Shown: positions 40,701 through 54,158, counted from the stretch's first letter. The stretch: 64,000 bases of DNA from Felis catus (GCF_018350175.1 NC_058373.1:105154001-105218000); one strand, 5' to 3'. Notes: generated by a model from the sequence alone, not told the origin. Program-made: numbers and translations.

Positions 40701-41560
40701 ATTTATAGAACATTTTACCCAACACCACAGGATACATATTTTTATCAAGAGCCATGAAACACAGACCAGGACCACATTTCTGAAACCACAGAAAACTTTC
40801 TGGACCACAAAAGCAGCCTCAACAAATTTTAAAAGAATTGAAATCACACAGAATGTGTTCTCTGACCACAAAAGAATCAAACTAGAAATTAGTAACAAAA
40901 AGAAAATCTCCAAACATTTGAAAAAAATACTTTTTTTTAAAGTTTATTTATTTTTGAGCAGGGCGGGGCGGGGAGAGAATCCCAAGCAGGCTCCATGCTG
41001 TCAGCACAGAGCCGAATGCGGGGCTCTATCTCACAATTGTGAGAGCACGACCTGAGCTGAAATCAAGAGTCGGATGCTCAACTGACTGAGCCACCAGGTG
41101 CACCTGGAAAATAAACTGCTTCTAAATAATAGATGGGTCAAAAGAGAAGCCTCAGAGAAATTTTTAAAAAATTACTGAACTGAATGAAACTGAAAACAAA
41201 ACAAATCAAAATTTGTGGGACACAGCTAAATCAGCCACGAGGAAAACTGGCACCTAAAGGCATTCACTAGAGAATAGTAAAGGTCTCATATCAATAATCT
41301 AAACTTTCACTTCAAGCACCTAGAAAAAGAAAAGCAAAATAATGAAGAGCAGAAATTAATGAAAACAAGTGCAACAGATAATAATCAAAGAAACAACGAG
41401 CTGGTTCTCTGAACAATTATAACAAACCTCTAGCAAGGCTAATAAAAAAATCACATTATCATTCTAAGGAATGAAACTGGATATATTACCATAGGCCATG
41501 CAGACATATAAAGGGTAATAGCACTACAAACAACTCCATATACAGAAATCTAACAACCTT

Positions 41561-42181
41561 GGGAATGCAAGCTGGTGCAGCCACTCTGGAAAACGGCATG
41601 GAGGTCCCTCAAAAACTAAAAATAGAACTACCCTACGACCCAGCAATTGCACTACTAGGCATTTATCCACAGGATACAGGTGTGCTGTTTTGAAGGGACA
41701 CATGCACCCCCATGCTTACAGCAGCACTATCAACAACAGCCGAAGTATGGAAAGAGCCCAAATGTCCATCGATGGATGAACGGATGAAGAAGATGTGGTA
41801 TATATATACAATGGAGTATTACTCGGCAATCAGAAAGAATGAAATCATGCCATTTGCAACTACGTGGATGGAACTGAGGGTATTATGCTAAGTGAAATTA
41901 GTCAAAGAAAGACAAAAATCATATGACTTCACTCATATGAGGACTTTAAGAGAGAAAATGGATGAACATAAGGGAAGGGAAACAAAAATAATATAAAAAC
42001 AGGGAGGGGGACAAAACAGAAGAGACTCATGAATAGGGAGAACAAACTGAGGGTTACTGGAGGAGTTGGAGGGGGGATGGCTAAATGGGTAAAGGGCACT
42101 AAGGGGGAATCTACTCCTGAAATCATTGTTGCACTATATGCTAACTAATTTGGATGTAAATTAAAAAAAATTTAAAAAAAA
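41561..42181 (+). mobile_element. Younger carnivore L1 3' fragment nested in the old L1
   Basis: Well-preserved L1 ORF2 C-terminus and 3'UTR with CpGs and poly-A; target-site duplication agaaatcta(a)[c/t]aac at 41544 and 42182. Confidence 0.85.
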
Positions 42182-44008
42182 AGAAATCTAATAACTTATT
42201 TATGAACTTGTATTATCCTGATATCAGAACCAAAGACTGTACGTAAAATTACAGTAAAATATCCTCATCAAATAGACGTAAAAGTATGTGACAAAATAAT
42301 AACAAATGTAATTCAGCAATATATGAAAGAATTATTCACCTTGAATAAGTGGGTTTACTCTAGACATACAAGGCTGCTTCAGGATTTAGAGAAAAATCAT
42401 TAGATCATATCAATTGATGCAGAAATACCATTTGACAAATTCAACACCCATTCATGATTAAAAAAAACTTTGAAAAATAAGAAGAGAACTTCTTCAACTT
42501 CATAATGAGTATCTACAAAAAACTATAAGTAACAGTGAAAGGCTAAATATTCTCCCCTAAGATTGTGAGCAAGGCATGAGATCTGCTCTTACTACTCTTA
42601 ATATACTGCTGGAAGTTCTACCCAGTGCAGTAAAACAAGAAAAGGAAATAAAATATACAGATGGTAAAGGAAGAAAATAAATTGTTTCTCTTTGCAGATG
42701 AGATAATTGTGCACATAGAAAATCCCAAGGGATCTACAAAGAAACTCTTAAAACTATCTCTATATACTTGCAATGAATACGCCGACAATTAAAAGTATAA
42801 TACCGTTAACAGTCACTCAAGAAAAATTTAGCAGTGGGGTGCCTGGGTGCCTCAGTCTGTTAAGCGTCCGACTATGGCTCAAGTCATGATCTCACTGTTT
42901 ATGAGTTGCAAGCCCTGCAACCAGCTCACTGCTGTCAGTGCAGCACCTGCTTTGGATCCTCTGCTTCCTCTCCATCTGCCCCTCCCCCGCTCATGCTCAT
43001 GTGCTCTTCTCTCTCTAAAAAAAAATAAATAAACATTAAAAAAAAAAAAAAAAACCTTAAAAAATTTAGGGGTAAATCTAACAAAGCATGTATAGCACTT
43101 GTATGCTGGAATATATAAAATGCTGATGAAAAAGAATCAAAGACCTAAATAAATGGAGGGACATATTGTATTCATGGATCGGGAGATTCAACATAGTAAG
43201 GATGTCCATTTACCCAGAATTAATATACAGGCTTAATGTAATTCCTATCAGGTCCCAGTGAAATTTCCTGTAAATATAGACAAATTTATTTTAAAATTTA
43301 TATTACCAAAGGGATTAAAATAGTAAAACAAATTAAAAAAAAGGAATAAAATGGGAGGAGGTCTACTTGATTCTAAGACTTATTATAGAGTTACGGTAAT
43401 CAGTATAGTGTGCTATGAGTGGAGAGGTAGACATAGTTCAGTGAAACAGAACAGAGAACCCAGAATTAGGGTTACATAAATATGCCCAACTAATTTTTAG
43501 TAAAGGTGCAAAAGCAATTAAGTGAAGGATAGCCTTTTCAACAAATAGTGCTAGAGTAATTATATATCCATAGGAAAAAATTTAGCCTCGAAGTCTCTCA
43601 CTTATGTGTGAGTTATATAAAAATTAACTCAAGATGGATCAGGAACTTAATAAAACATAAATTATTAAAATTTATAGTGACACCACCAAATACTGGTGAG
43701 TACGTGGAAAAACTGGATCACTCACTTAGTGGTAATGTAAAATTGTAATGTCACTGCAGTGAACAGTTTGGCAGTATTTTAGAAAATTAAACATGCAACT
43801 ACCAAATGACCCAGCAATTGTATTCTTTGGCATTTATCACAGAGAAATGAAAACTTACATTCACACAAAAACCTTTACATGAATAGCTATGGAAACTTTA
43901 TTTGTAACAGTCAAAAACTGGAAACCATCCAGATGTTCTTCAGTAAGTGAACGGTTAAATTGGTACACCAATGCCATGGAATAACTCAGCAATAAAAAGG
44001 AATGAGTT

Positions 44009-44362
44009 TTTTCTTCAGACTTAAATTCTAGTAAATATAGGCTATAATACTGTTTTCAGTAGAATTTAGTGATTCATCACTTACATGTAACACCCTGTGC
44101 TCATCACAACAGCTGTACTCCTTAATGCCCAACCCCCACTTGGCCCATCCTCCCACCCAACACCCCTCCAGCAACCTTCAGTTTGTTCTCTATAGTTAGG
44201 AGTCTATTAAGATTTCCCTATTTCTTTCCCCTTTCCCCTATGTTTATCTGGTTTCTTAAATTCACATAAGTGAAATCATATGGTATTTGTCTTTCTCTGA
44301 CTTACTTCAGTTAGCAAAATTCACTCTAGGTCCATCCATGTCGTTCCAATTGGCAAGATTTC
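44009..44362 (-). mobile_element. Carnivore L1 3' fragment, reverse, nested
   Basis: Target-site duplication aaaaaggaatgagtt at 43994-44008 and 44364-44378; reverse L1 3'UTR motifs (catatggtatttgtctttctctgac). Confidence 0.8.
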
Positions 44363-46265
44363 AAAAAAGGAATGAGTTATTGATGCACACAAATTGGAGG
44401 AATCGCCAAAGAATGATGCTGAGTGAAAAAAGCCAATCCCTGGTCTCTGCATGACTGGTACTGGTAATTGGTAATCTTGTAATTCAAGTGAGGATCAATG
44501 TTATATATATATATAACATTCATGAAATGACAAACTTACAGAAATAGAGAATATATTAGTGGTTGCCAGGGGTTAAGGCGGGGACAGGGGTAGGAGGGAA
44601 TTAAGTATTGCTATAAAAAGATGAAGTAAGAGACTTCTGTAATGGAAATGTTCTGTATCTTGACTGTATCATCAATATCTGGGGTGTGATATTGTATGTG
44701 ATATTTTGTAACATGTTACTATTGTGGAAAAGTGGGTAAAGGGCACAAGGGAACTCTGCATTTTCCCCTATAATTGCATGTGAATCTACAATAATCTCAA
44801 AATAAAAAGTTTAACATAAAAAAAAAAGGTTGCTCAGCTGTCTAATCCTTGCCAAAGAGCAAGATGCAGTGTGCAGTGTAGTGTTAGCAAATGTCCAGAA
44901 CTAAATTTCTTTTGGCTTCTCACTCAGAAAACAGCTTGAAACGATCCAAGAACTGGTAAAATAACTTTTGTGAAAATAGGTGTTAAATGAAACCACTGTT
45001 TTACGAGAACTTTAAAAAATACAAGAGCAATAAAATATGCATTATGGAGCTTGGTTTACCAACAGGCCTCTAGCTGAAATGACAAAAGGACATCAATAAG
45101 ACTGAGCCTTTTGAATTGTTGAATTGTACAGTAAACTCACTGTACAAGACATTGATGTTTCTACACACAGAAAACAAAAACAGATGATTTCCTTACTTAT
45201 AAAAACCTTAGAAATTTGCATGTTTGCAGATTGTGATGTCAAAATCCAGTTCTTTTTCCTACTCCTATCCTTTTATTTCTTCAGGTTAAAATTAATATAT
45301 AATCACTTTTTAACTAGAGTTAAGAGTGGCAGGTCTGAAATATTTAAATGTTAAGTTTCAGAGACTGGTAACACTAGGCTGATTCTACCCCACTTGCCCC
45401 TTAGTATATATACAACTCATGGTGACAAATGATGGTTGTTATTGGGAAGTCTTTACCAATGCATAGATGAGGAATGCTCCAAATGTTCTTGGTATGAATT
45501 TTATTTAAAAATTATTTTCTTGGTATTGTTTTTTAATATACAGTAATTAACAGTATATATTTCCTCTTTAAAGTTTATCATAGTATGAGTAATCTATTTC
45601 TTGAGAATTTGGAAAAGAAAAATAGTTCCACTACTCAATTCCCAGATCTACAACTGAACTCAAGAGCTAACAGTTGGTTTTCTCAAGTCTGCCTAAATCT
45701 CCAAAGCTCTTCTCTGTCGTCATGGATATACTTAATTACAGGCATTTGCTCCTAGAAAATATTGGAAATGACGGAGTGATGATTTTCACATTTACTTGCT
45801 AGTCTGGTGTCTTCTATGTCTTGAAGCATTCTGTTTTCCAGTTATTTAATCCTAAATCATGCTAATTAACAAAGTCCAACAGCCACACACACCACCTGAT
45901 GATGAAAACAGGTAGAAATAATGGGGTTGCCCTTTGATTTAGTCCTAATTTTCAGATATTACAGCAAATGTTAGTTATTGTAGAGGCAAATATTCAATCA
46001 GAGGTTACCTTATGGTTATATCTCTGAAACCTAGAGAGAGAGAAGGAAGGGATGAGTTCTAGAATCTCTGGCTTAGGTCTTGGGAATGATCACAATACTG
46101 TTATTTTTGTGTCAAAATATATAATAAAACCAGGGAACTTAAGAATAAAGAGATTTTATCAGTCATCAATTCAAACCTTTTCTGATGCATGAGTTTCCTT
46201 TTTGTTCTGGAAAATTAGTTGTCCAACCTTTGCTTGAATGTCTCCAATGAAGCCTGATTTCTTAC

Positions 46266-46342
46266 CTGAAAAATGAGGGGATTACAGTATGACTGCTGAG
46301 GCCCCTTCAAGCTCTGTTTGATGAATTGTAAGCTTCTGACGG
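46266..46342 (-). other. TIMM9: Putative non-coding TIMM9 5'UTR exon, MIR-derived
   Basis: Strong donor CAG|gtaaga on the minus strand, upstream AG acceptor, MIR-core-like sequence and no ATG. Confidence 0.45.
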
Positions 46343-46759
46343 CTAAATTATTTTCAATAAGTGAAATTAGTTTCCTCAATCTATTCTGAGGTTATAATTC
46401 CTTGGCAGATGTATTATGAGATGTATTAAAAATACTTAAGATCCTTATCTTCCCAGGTAGTATGTTTAGGTAAACACAAGACACACAATTCCCAGAAAAT
46501 TTTGAATATTAAAAAAACAAACAAAAAAGCCCCCCCAACTAACCAGGATTTAACAGGGGAGATGCAATTTCTTTTTTGGAACCCTATGCAGATTTGTACC
46601 AGTTCTGGAGCCAAATTTCTACTTCTGTTCAAACTTAGTTTGCAGTAAGTTATTCTACTGATGTCCTTGTCCTCGGCCATTGTCACAATACCTGACCCTG
46701 GTCTCTGCATGACTGGTACTGGTAATTGGTAATCTTGTAATTCAAGTGATGATCAAGAA

Positions 46760-47620
46760 TGGATGATAAAACTACTGGGTGACAGTTGGAGAACAGGATA
46801 TATCCATGGTCTCAAAGTATCTCCACAAGTTACTTTTCATCAAAGAAAAATGGTCCCTTTATATGGCAAAGATCTGGCAGTCACCACCATAACCAGTAAA
46901 GACACATATCAACTGTGTGGTATTCTTGCCAAAAATGTTTGATCTGATTCTGATCATGAGGGAGTAATTAGGAAAATCCACAATGTGGGACAATTTGTAA
47001 GACACCTAGACTAGTCTTTTCAAAAAGTTAAAGCCATAAAGAAAAGTAATAGAAGGCTGCTGTAGATTAAGTGACTAAAGAGTCATGACAACTAAGCAAT
47101 GTGTGAACTTCGGACCTTGAATCAAAAAAAATATTTGAGTTAAAAATAAAGACATTTTTGGGATAATTGGAGAAATCTGAATATGTTACCTTATTAGGTG
47201 TGATAATCTTATTGTGGCTATGTAACAGATTGTTCTTTTTTTCTTATTTTTGAGACAGAGAGAGACAGACAGACTGTAACTGGGGGAGGGGCAGAGAGAG
47301 AGGGAGACAGGGGATCCAAAGCCAGCCGGCCGTGTGCTGACAGCAGAGCCCAGAGAGCCCAAGGGGGTACTTGAACCCACAAACTGTGAGATCAGGACCT
47401 GAGGGGAAGTTGGAAGTCAGAGGCTTAACCCACTGAGCCACCCAGGCACCCCTGTAATAGACTGTTCTTAAGGAGATATAGGGTGAAGAAATTAGGGTTA
47501 AAGGTCATCATGTCTGAAACTTACTTACAAACAAACCAGCAAAAAAGGTGTATCTACTTACATAGGTATGTATAGAGCTAGGAGAGTGGGAAACCAGAAG
47601 CAAGTAAAGATGTTAACAAA
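46760..47620 (+). mobile_element. Old L1M (L1MC4-like) 3' fragment with a reverse CanSINE (47235-47452)
   Basis: Same motif order as 2650-3755 (ttgccaaaaatgttt, atcatgag, gactaaagagtcatgacaactaa). Confidence 0.6.
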
Positions 47621-48599
47621 ACAAAAGAAATGAAAGAAAACAATCTTGTGAGCCATGTTTTTTGTTTCAGGGCTATCGGTGTCTTTGATAGGTCAGATGT
47701 CTAAATTGAATTGAACTAACTTGTCTGATGAGTATAAAATAGGACTCTGCCACATCTGAGCAGGTTTAGGAAGTTATGTCCGATTAACTGGCAACCCTAA
47801 CTCAACTTATTATTAAGCAGAGCAAAAATTACTTTTGAAAGATTATTGCTTTTGGGTTTAAAGCATGGCTTCCAGGCCTGAAACACAAGCCCATGAGTTA
47901 GACTAGATGGGGGCAAGACTACTTGGGTTTCAGGTCTGATACAAAAGGGTTTCTAAGATCCAAATCAAATCATTTATCCAAGTCATTTTAATAAGTTTCT
48001 ATGCCTATGGTCACACCTTGTAGACTGCAGGGAAAAGGTCACTTTTTAATATTTAAGCTTCACCTAGAAAATAAGGGAATTAAGTCATCTTCAAAGTCTC
48101 TGACACTGTCAATCTTTTAATTCACCTACATTAAAACAAATTGTGGACAAACAGGTACCTTAGAGCCCATTTATGAAGAGAGAAATGTAACTGAAATAAA
48201 TAATTACAGAAACTTATTAAGAATAATTAAAAGGTTCTCCAAAGCTGAGCCCTTAAGGTCCCCTTTAATCCTAGGGATTTTTCTATGAAAGTAGACAGCG
48301 GAGATGTAAAAATAAAGAAACTCTACTATTTAGCTTTTACAGATTACACTTCTTGCTTTGATTAATCGCTTTAAAAACCTTTAGTAATGCGTAAAAGGAA
48401 ACGTCTAAATAGTGCGTTCTCAAAAATTAGCAAATCAGATAAGGGGTGTTTGTCCATGGTATTCTGTCTGTAGAGAAGATTTTTCAGTTAAAAAGAGGGT
48501 CTCTTGCCTGTCAGCTCAAGGTCACTGCGTGGATGCTTTACAATCTAACTCACTGTTCCAAAACAAGACACTGACTCCCCAAACCCGGGTTGGAGGAGG

Positions 48600-49830
48600 C
48601 TCAGGGCCTCAAATTCCGACCCGCACCCCGGTAGCACGAGAAGGTCCCCGGGAAGGTCCCAAACCTGCTCTGGGGACGCAGTCTCCGCAACCCGCCCCCC
48701 TCCTCCCCACAGTCCCAAGTACACGCGGAGGCCTCCTCCAGAGCCCCCTTCCACCTTTCCGGAGCGTAGTCTCCCGCCCCCCGCCTGGGAACCCGGGATT
48801 CTAAGGGCAGAGAAAAGAGACCATACTTAAGCACAGGCTCTCGCATCCGACACCAGTGCGAGGCTGGGGGGCTGCGCTGCCAGTCCAGTCTAGGGGCGGA
48901 GGGTCTGGGTCAGGGCGGGCGCCGCAGCCGCTGGATGGAAGAGAACACGTGGGAGAGGCGATGTCAAATAGCCCTTAGACTTTTCGACGCGGATTCGTTA
49001 TAACGCAGGAACTCTAGAGGGAAAGCCGCTATCCCCAGTGAATTCTAAAATCCTTTGGTGATTAAGTTTCGTAGTTGTATGCTTTGTCAGTGCTCTCTTT
49101 TCCTGACTTCCAGGCCAACAATAACCCGAATCAGTCGAAAGTTTTTGTAAAACCTACTTACTTAATCCCGCGTCCCTAACGGTCTCCAGGAGCTACACTG
49201 TAAACAGTCCCTAAGCAACAGGAGTGGTATTTCCAACTAGGTCGGGATCTGTGCGGGCCTTCGATGGGAATTTCGAGTTTTATTCAACGTTTAAATCTCG
49301 TGGGGGCAGTGTAGTGTCTTAAAAGAAACAAGAAACAAAACAAAAACGACCAAATTCACACGTTCTTAAGCCTTTTACACTGGGAGTTTGTTTCCACCCG
49401 GAGAGGGATGGACGAACACCTGAGAGCTTTCGGCTTTTTCGTTGGTTGTTTTGGATGATTATCTTGGCGCGCATGCGTGTTGAGTCTCAGGGGGGCCGGC
49501 TTAAACGAAAGTGGACGTTGACTGGCCGGCAGCTGAAGCTGTTGTCGGATTATACCTGTGACTGCGCGGTCGCCGAGCGTTCGGCTGACTGGGAGGGGTG
49601 AATTTAGGTGTCCGATGGTTGCATCTGGAGGAGTGTGTAAAACTCTGGCGGAAGACAGCTATTAAGCTTCTTATATGGGTGATTTTAAAGCATTTCAGTT
49701 TTGCTTGAGTCCCACCAACGAATCTTAACACTATCTGGTTTTGCACTGCCAGTTCTAGGTTTGGGGAGTGTCGTTATGGTTATTGTTGCTCACGCGGCCT
49801 TTCTCTTATCATCCCTACTCTCAGATTCCC
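48600..49830. promoter_or_regulatory. CpG-rich bidirectional promoter of TIMM9 (-) and KIAA0586 (+)
   Basis: CpG enrichment between divergent genes; GC box at 48893-48901, X-box-like GTCCCTAAGCAAC at 49207-49219, NRF1-like CGCGCATGCGTG at 49468-49479, and a candidate TIMM9 donor (minus-strand gtaagt) at 49161-49156. Confidence 0.75.
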
Positions 49831-50135
49831 TGGCGTATGCATTAGTGGAACTGACTGGGATTAATGGGTAAATATGGTGTTCTAGTAGTCTCTAATCCTG
49901 CATTAAATACCAAATTGAAATTTCTAGCTTTTTATATAGTCTATTTAGACATTGATTTATTTACAGGTTGATGACTGGATGTTTTAAAATCACTTGAAAT
50001 TCACATTTTGTTTATCATACTCCTCCTTCGTTCCTTCTCCCCAAAGTCCCCAAAGCGGTGAAAATTTTGTTTTGAAGTTTTACGGACCTAGAAGAAATTC
50101 TATTCAGAACTGTGGGACTAGTTTTGTTGCAAAAT

Positions 50136-50334
50136 ATGAAAGGCTCTGAGTTTAGCCTGGAAAAGAAACAAAGGGTTAAAATACCAGCGAGGAGGCTTCG
50201 TGAGGTAGTTTCTCCAAATCAGGGAGATTATTCGGTTTTGCTCAAAGATGAGTTGCCCTGTGTTCCTCCAGCGTTGTCTGCAAATAAACGTCTTCCTGTT
50301 AGAACCGAGGCTAGCTTGAATGGAACGTTATGTG
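50136..50334 (+). CDS. KIAA0586: KIAA0586 (TALPID3) first coding exon
   Basis: [66 protein letters not shown]; donor G|gtatgt; 199 nt. Confidence 0.9.
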
Positions 50335-51251
50335 GTATGTGACTCCGAATAGTTCTCACTTTTGTAAATCTTTAGTCTTTATTTTCATTTCGTTTTTTGC
50401 GTTTCAGAATTTAGAGGATTTTATATGTTTAAATTCTCAAACATAAGATACATCTAGTTTGTATAGATGTTTGAAAGCTGACCCCTTTCCATGGGGAAAT
50501 GGCTAGCACAGCCGGTCTAATCTATATAACATCGAATAGGTGGAATGAATGAAACATTTCCCATTGTGTTTTTTCTTTGTGTGGTTTTTGCATATTGTTC
50601 TTGTTCACATCTGTGGTGGACACACTTAACTAGTATGATGTGCTTATTGTTCATCAATAGGGGTTTTTACCAAATGCTCTACCTTCTGTTTGGATAGTGT
50701 TATTCAATTTGGCATGTAGAAAAGCGTTAACTTCTGCCTCTTGATGGCTTCCGTATTTCAATTCACTTAACCTGTCTGGAGTTCAGTGAAAATGAAGAAG
50801 ACATATGCTTTGCCCATTTCACTGATAATTGTAAAGATCAAATTAATAAACATATGTGCAAAAACAAAAAAAATGCTTATATAATGCTGCTTTTTTTGGG
50901 AGGGAGGGTATGACATAATAAAGTCTTGCTTTTATATCATGTACATATTTTATTCCTGGCTAATGATTCTACCCATGCTTTGTCCAAATCCAACAGTGTA
51001 ACGATATATTTTAAAACATATTTATCCCACTTGATTGTCAGTACTGACCCTTATTTTCCTAAATATCAACTGTAAAACTTTCATCAGAATGTATGTTAAT
51101 TACATCTTAAGTTTTTTTGCATGAAAAGTGCTTTCCAGTATAGATTTTGCATTAATATGGAGTTGACAGTTCTTGAATCATACTTGTACAGTTTTTAAAG
51201 GAAAAGGTTCTGATTTTAAAATCACTCAAATTGATTCCTTTGTTTTGTTAG

Positions 51252-51322
51252 GTTCATCAGACTTGACTTCTGCTAGAAATTATCTGCAGCCTCCACTAGA
51301 AAATTCTACTGTGTCGGAAAGC
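51252..51322 (+). CDS. KIAA0586: KIAA0586 coding exon 2
   Basis: Acceptor ttgttag| and donor |gtaagc. Encodes (G)SSDLTSARNYLQPPLENSTVSES. Confidence 0.9.
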
Positions 51323-54088
51323 GTAAGCAAAAGAATTTGTAATTCCATTCATGTTAAACTTTTCAGTATTGTTAAGTAATGTATTCTTAAATTATGTTTG
51401 ATGAGCAACAGGCCTTGTTTTTGCTTAAATTTCACTTACAAAGAAATGTTTTACATACTATAGTTGCAACTTGAATAGCATTGAGACATTAAACAATCTT
51501 CCATAGAATAAAAAATACTAGTTATTAAGATGTTGAACACTGAGAGAAATACTGTAACTGAAAAGAAGCTCTGCTCTGAGCTAAGGAAAACATATCCTAG
51601 ACTAGAGACTTAACTTACTGTTAGGTAAAGGTAAAGAAACAGTAGGAACATCATTTTTAAAAAGTGAGGTGTGATTATATATCTTTCAAGCTATTGTGAG
51701 GTTTTATGTGTGGTTTTTTTGAGCGGTCTTTAGAAAATAATAACATGAAATTCTCATCTTTACTTTTATAATCCTGAAAATATTTGATGATAAATATATT
51801 TTGTTCATGCAATCTAATTAGATTTTGATCACCAATCATAATGTTGACTATAAATTGTCCATTAAACGAGTCTTTAAAGAAGAGAGTTTCACAATATAAT
51901 ATTTTGAAAATTGAAATTCATTCCTGGTAAGAATGAAATTAAAGCTGCTTACTTATCAACTTTGTAAAACACTCACAATAAAAACATATAATTATGTGCT
52001 GCACCTGGTCCCTTAGTCAATGCCTAGCCTTTGGGTTGGTATTCTTTGGTTCTTTTTTGAGCAGACCTTTTTTAATGATTAATGGTCTTTGAATTCCATC
52101 ATCTAAATAATTTCCCAGATGCATGGATATGCTATTACTATATAATTGAAAATAAATCGATGATCTTTGGAAGATGATTAGGATTCCATTAGATTTAATA
52201 TGGACTCAAAGCTTGTTTTGTATAGATTGCTTAAGGTAAAATACGCCTGCAAAGTAAATCCAGTTCATTATCATTTTTTCTTGAATACAAACTGTAGTTT
52301 GTCTTTGTATCACATTTTTGTTTCATAAATGAGTGCTAAGATTACAGTGTGGATTGACTTGATCAAGCTATTTTAATGAGGAAACTAAAGGAGTTTGTGC
52401 CTGATATGCTCATATTTATAAGCTTATTCATTATCTTCTTTTATTCATATGTATTTCTCTACACTACCAGAAAGTGAGATATCCCTATTCCTGTTTGGGC
52501 CAGTCCTTGCACATGAGTAGAAAGAAAACAAAAACTTTAAAATTCATTGTAGAAAATACAAAGAGAAAAAGGAAAGAAGAAATTCTGTAGCTGAAGTCAA
52601 CTGTTGCCTTCATGTTTTATGAAATAGGACCATACTGTTTTCTTATTAGGTAGTATTAAGGATATTTTTCCATGCCATTGATTTTTTTTTTCCCTAGAAA
52701 CTTTAATGGGTTCATAGAATTTCAGTGTATGTGTACCATAATTTATTTGTTCATGTTCCTGTCATTTGACATTAAGTTTTTTCCCCCAATATTTGATAAT
52801 ATAAACAACCATGTGATTTACATTCTGGTGTATATTTCAGGTCATTTCATTAGGATTAATTTCTGGATGTAAAATTATTAAATCAAAGGATATGCACACT
52901 TCTTGAAATGTTTCTAAATTGCCTCTAGAAAGACTGTATCAATATACATTATTCAGCAAGATCATGAGCAGAATTAGTGGTATTATTTTTCCCCAGCTTT
53001 ACCAATACAGGGCATTAAAAGTAGACCAAAAAAAGTTGCCATTTTGATAGGTTAAGAAGGCATTCTTTTATTATTACTGAAGGAGAAATTTTTTTCATAT
53101 ATATTGCCTTCTTCTTTTGTGAATTACATATTTATATGCTATGCTTCTTACTCATTTGTAGGAGGCCTTTATATTAATTCCCCAGATACTGTATTCTATT
53201 GTATTGTTAACCTCGTTGACTATTTTTTTTAATGTTTTATTTATTTTAGAGAGAGAGAGCATGAACAGGGGAGGGGCAGAGAGAGAGGTGGGGACAGAGG
53301 ATTCAAAGCGGGCTCTACACTGACAGCAGTGAGCCTGATGTTGGGCTCCAACTCAAAAACCATGAGATGTGAGATCATGATAGTAGCTGAAGTGGAATGC
53401 TCAACTGACTGAGCCACCCGGGTGCCCCTCATTAACTATTTTTTAGGAAGTTAATACCTGTTGCCAGGGGATCACTTTCTTTTAATGATTTTCTCTTTAC
53501 CCTTTTCTGCTTTAAGAGGAAAAAAAAAAAGATGTGTCTAAGGAAGGTGAAGAGCAATGTTGAATGAACCTAGTGCTCAAAAAGTCATGGTGTCTTAGCA
53601 CTGAATAGAATCTTAAAGATGAAGACTAGGGTTGCACATGTGAACAGAAAGCTAGTTGCCAGTAGAGAAGCCTTCTGAGACCATATTTGAGCTCAGTGAT
53701 AAAGAATGCTGTGATTAATTTGTGATGTTGTTTTATGTGTTGGCCATCCTTATGTACTCCTTTTGACTCACAGTGAATCAGATTTTCATGTTAAACTGTA
53801 GCAACTGAGTTGTTAAATGACTCTCTCTGCTAGAAGTGGCAAATGGATATTTGAGTATGAATTTCAGGGCCAGAGTTGCTTGCTTGTTCATTTACTTGCT
53901 CATTCAACTGATCCTTGAGTACCTTCAAGGTACCTAAGCATTGCAGTGGTTCTGGGAATTAAGTCTATAAAAACACACGATCCTGCCCTCCTAGAACACA
54001 GTAGTCACATAGCTAGTAAATGCTACTTGATGAGTAATAAATCATAAAGATATCTTAGCCTTTCATTTCTTCCTTTCACATCCCAAAG

Positions 54089-54158
54089 GATTTTCCTAAA
54101 GACGTTGCAGTGCAGGGGTTGCCTGTGGATAAACTGGAAGAGAGCAACAGACAAAAAG
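54089..54158 (+). CDS. KIAA0586: KIAA0586 coding exon 3
   Basis: Acceptor tcccaaag| and donor |gtaaaa. Encodes DFPKDVAVQGLPVDKLEESNRQK. Confidence 0.88.

Larger units (their letters stand above)
37886..44827 (+). mobile_element. Long degraded L1M (5' end to poly-A), antisense in the TIMM9 5' intron, carrying nested elements
   Basis: 5' cttccgggaagatgg, ORF1/ORF2 remnants and 3' gcatgtgaatctacaataatctcaaaataaaaag plus A-tail. Internal SINEs at 38195, 38400, 40931 and 42836. Confidence 0.75.
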
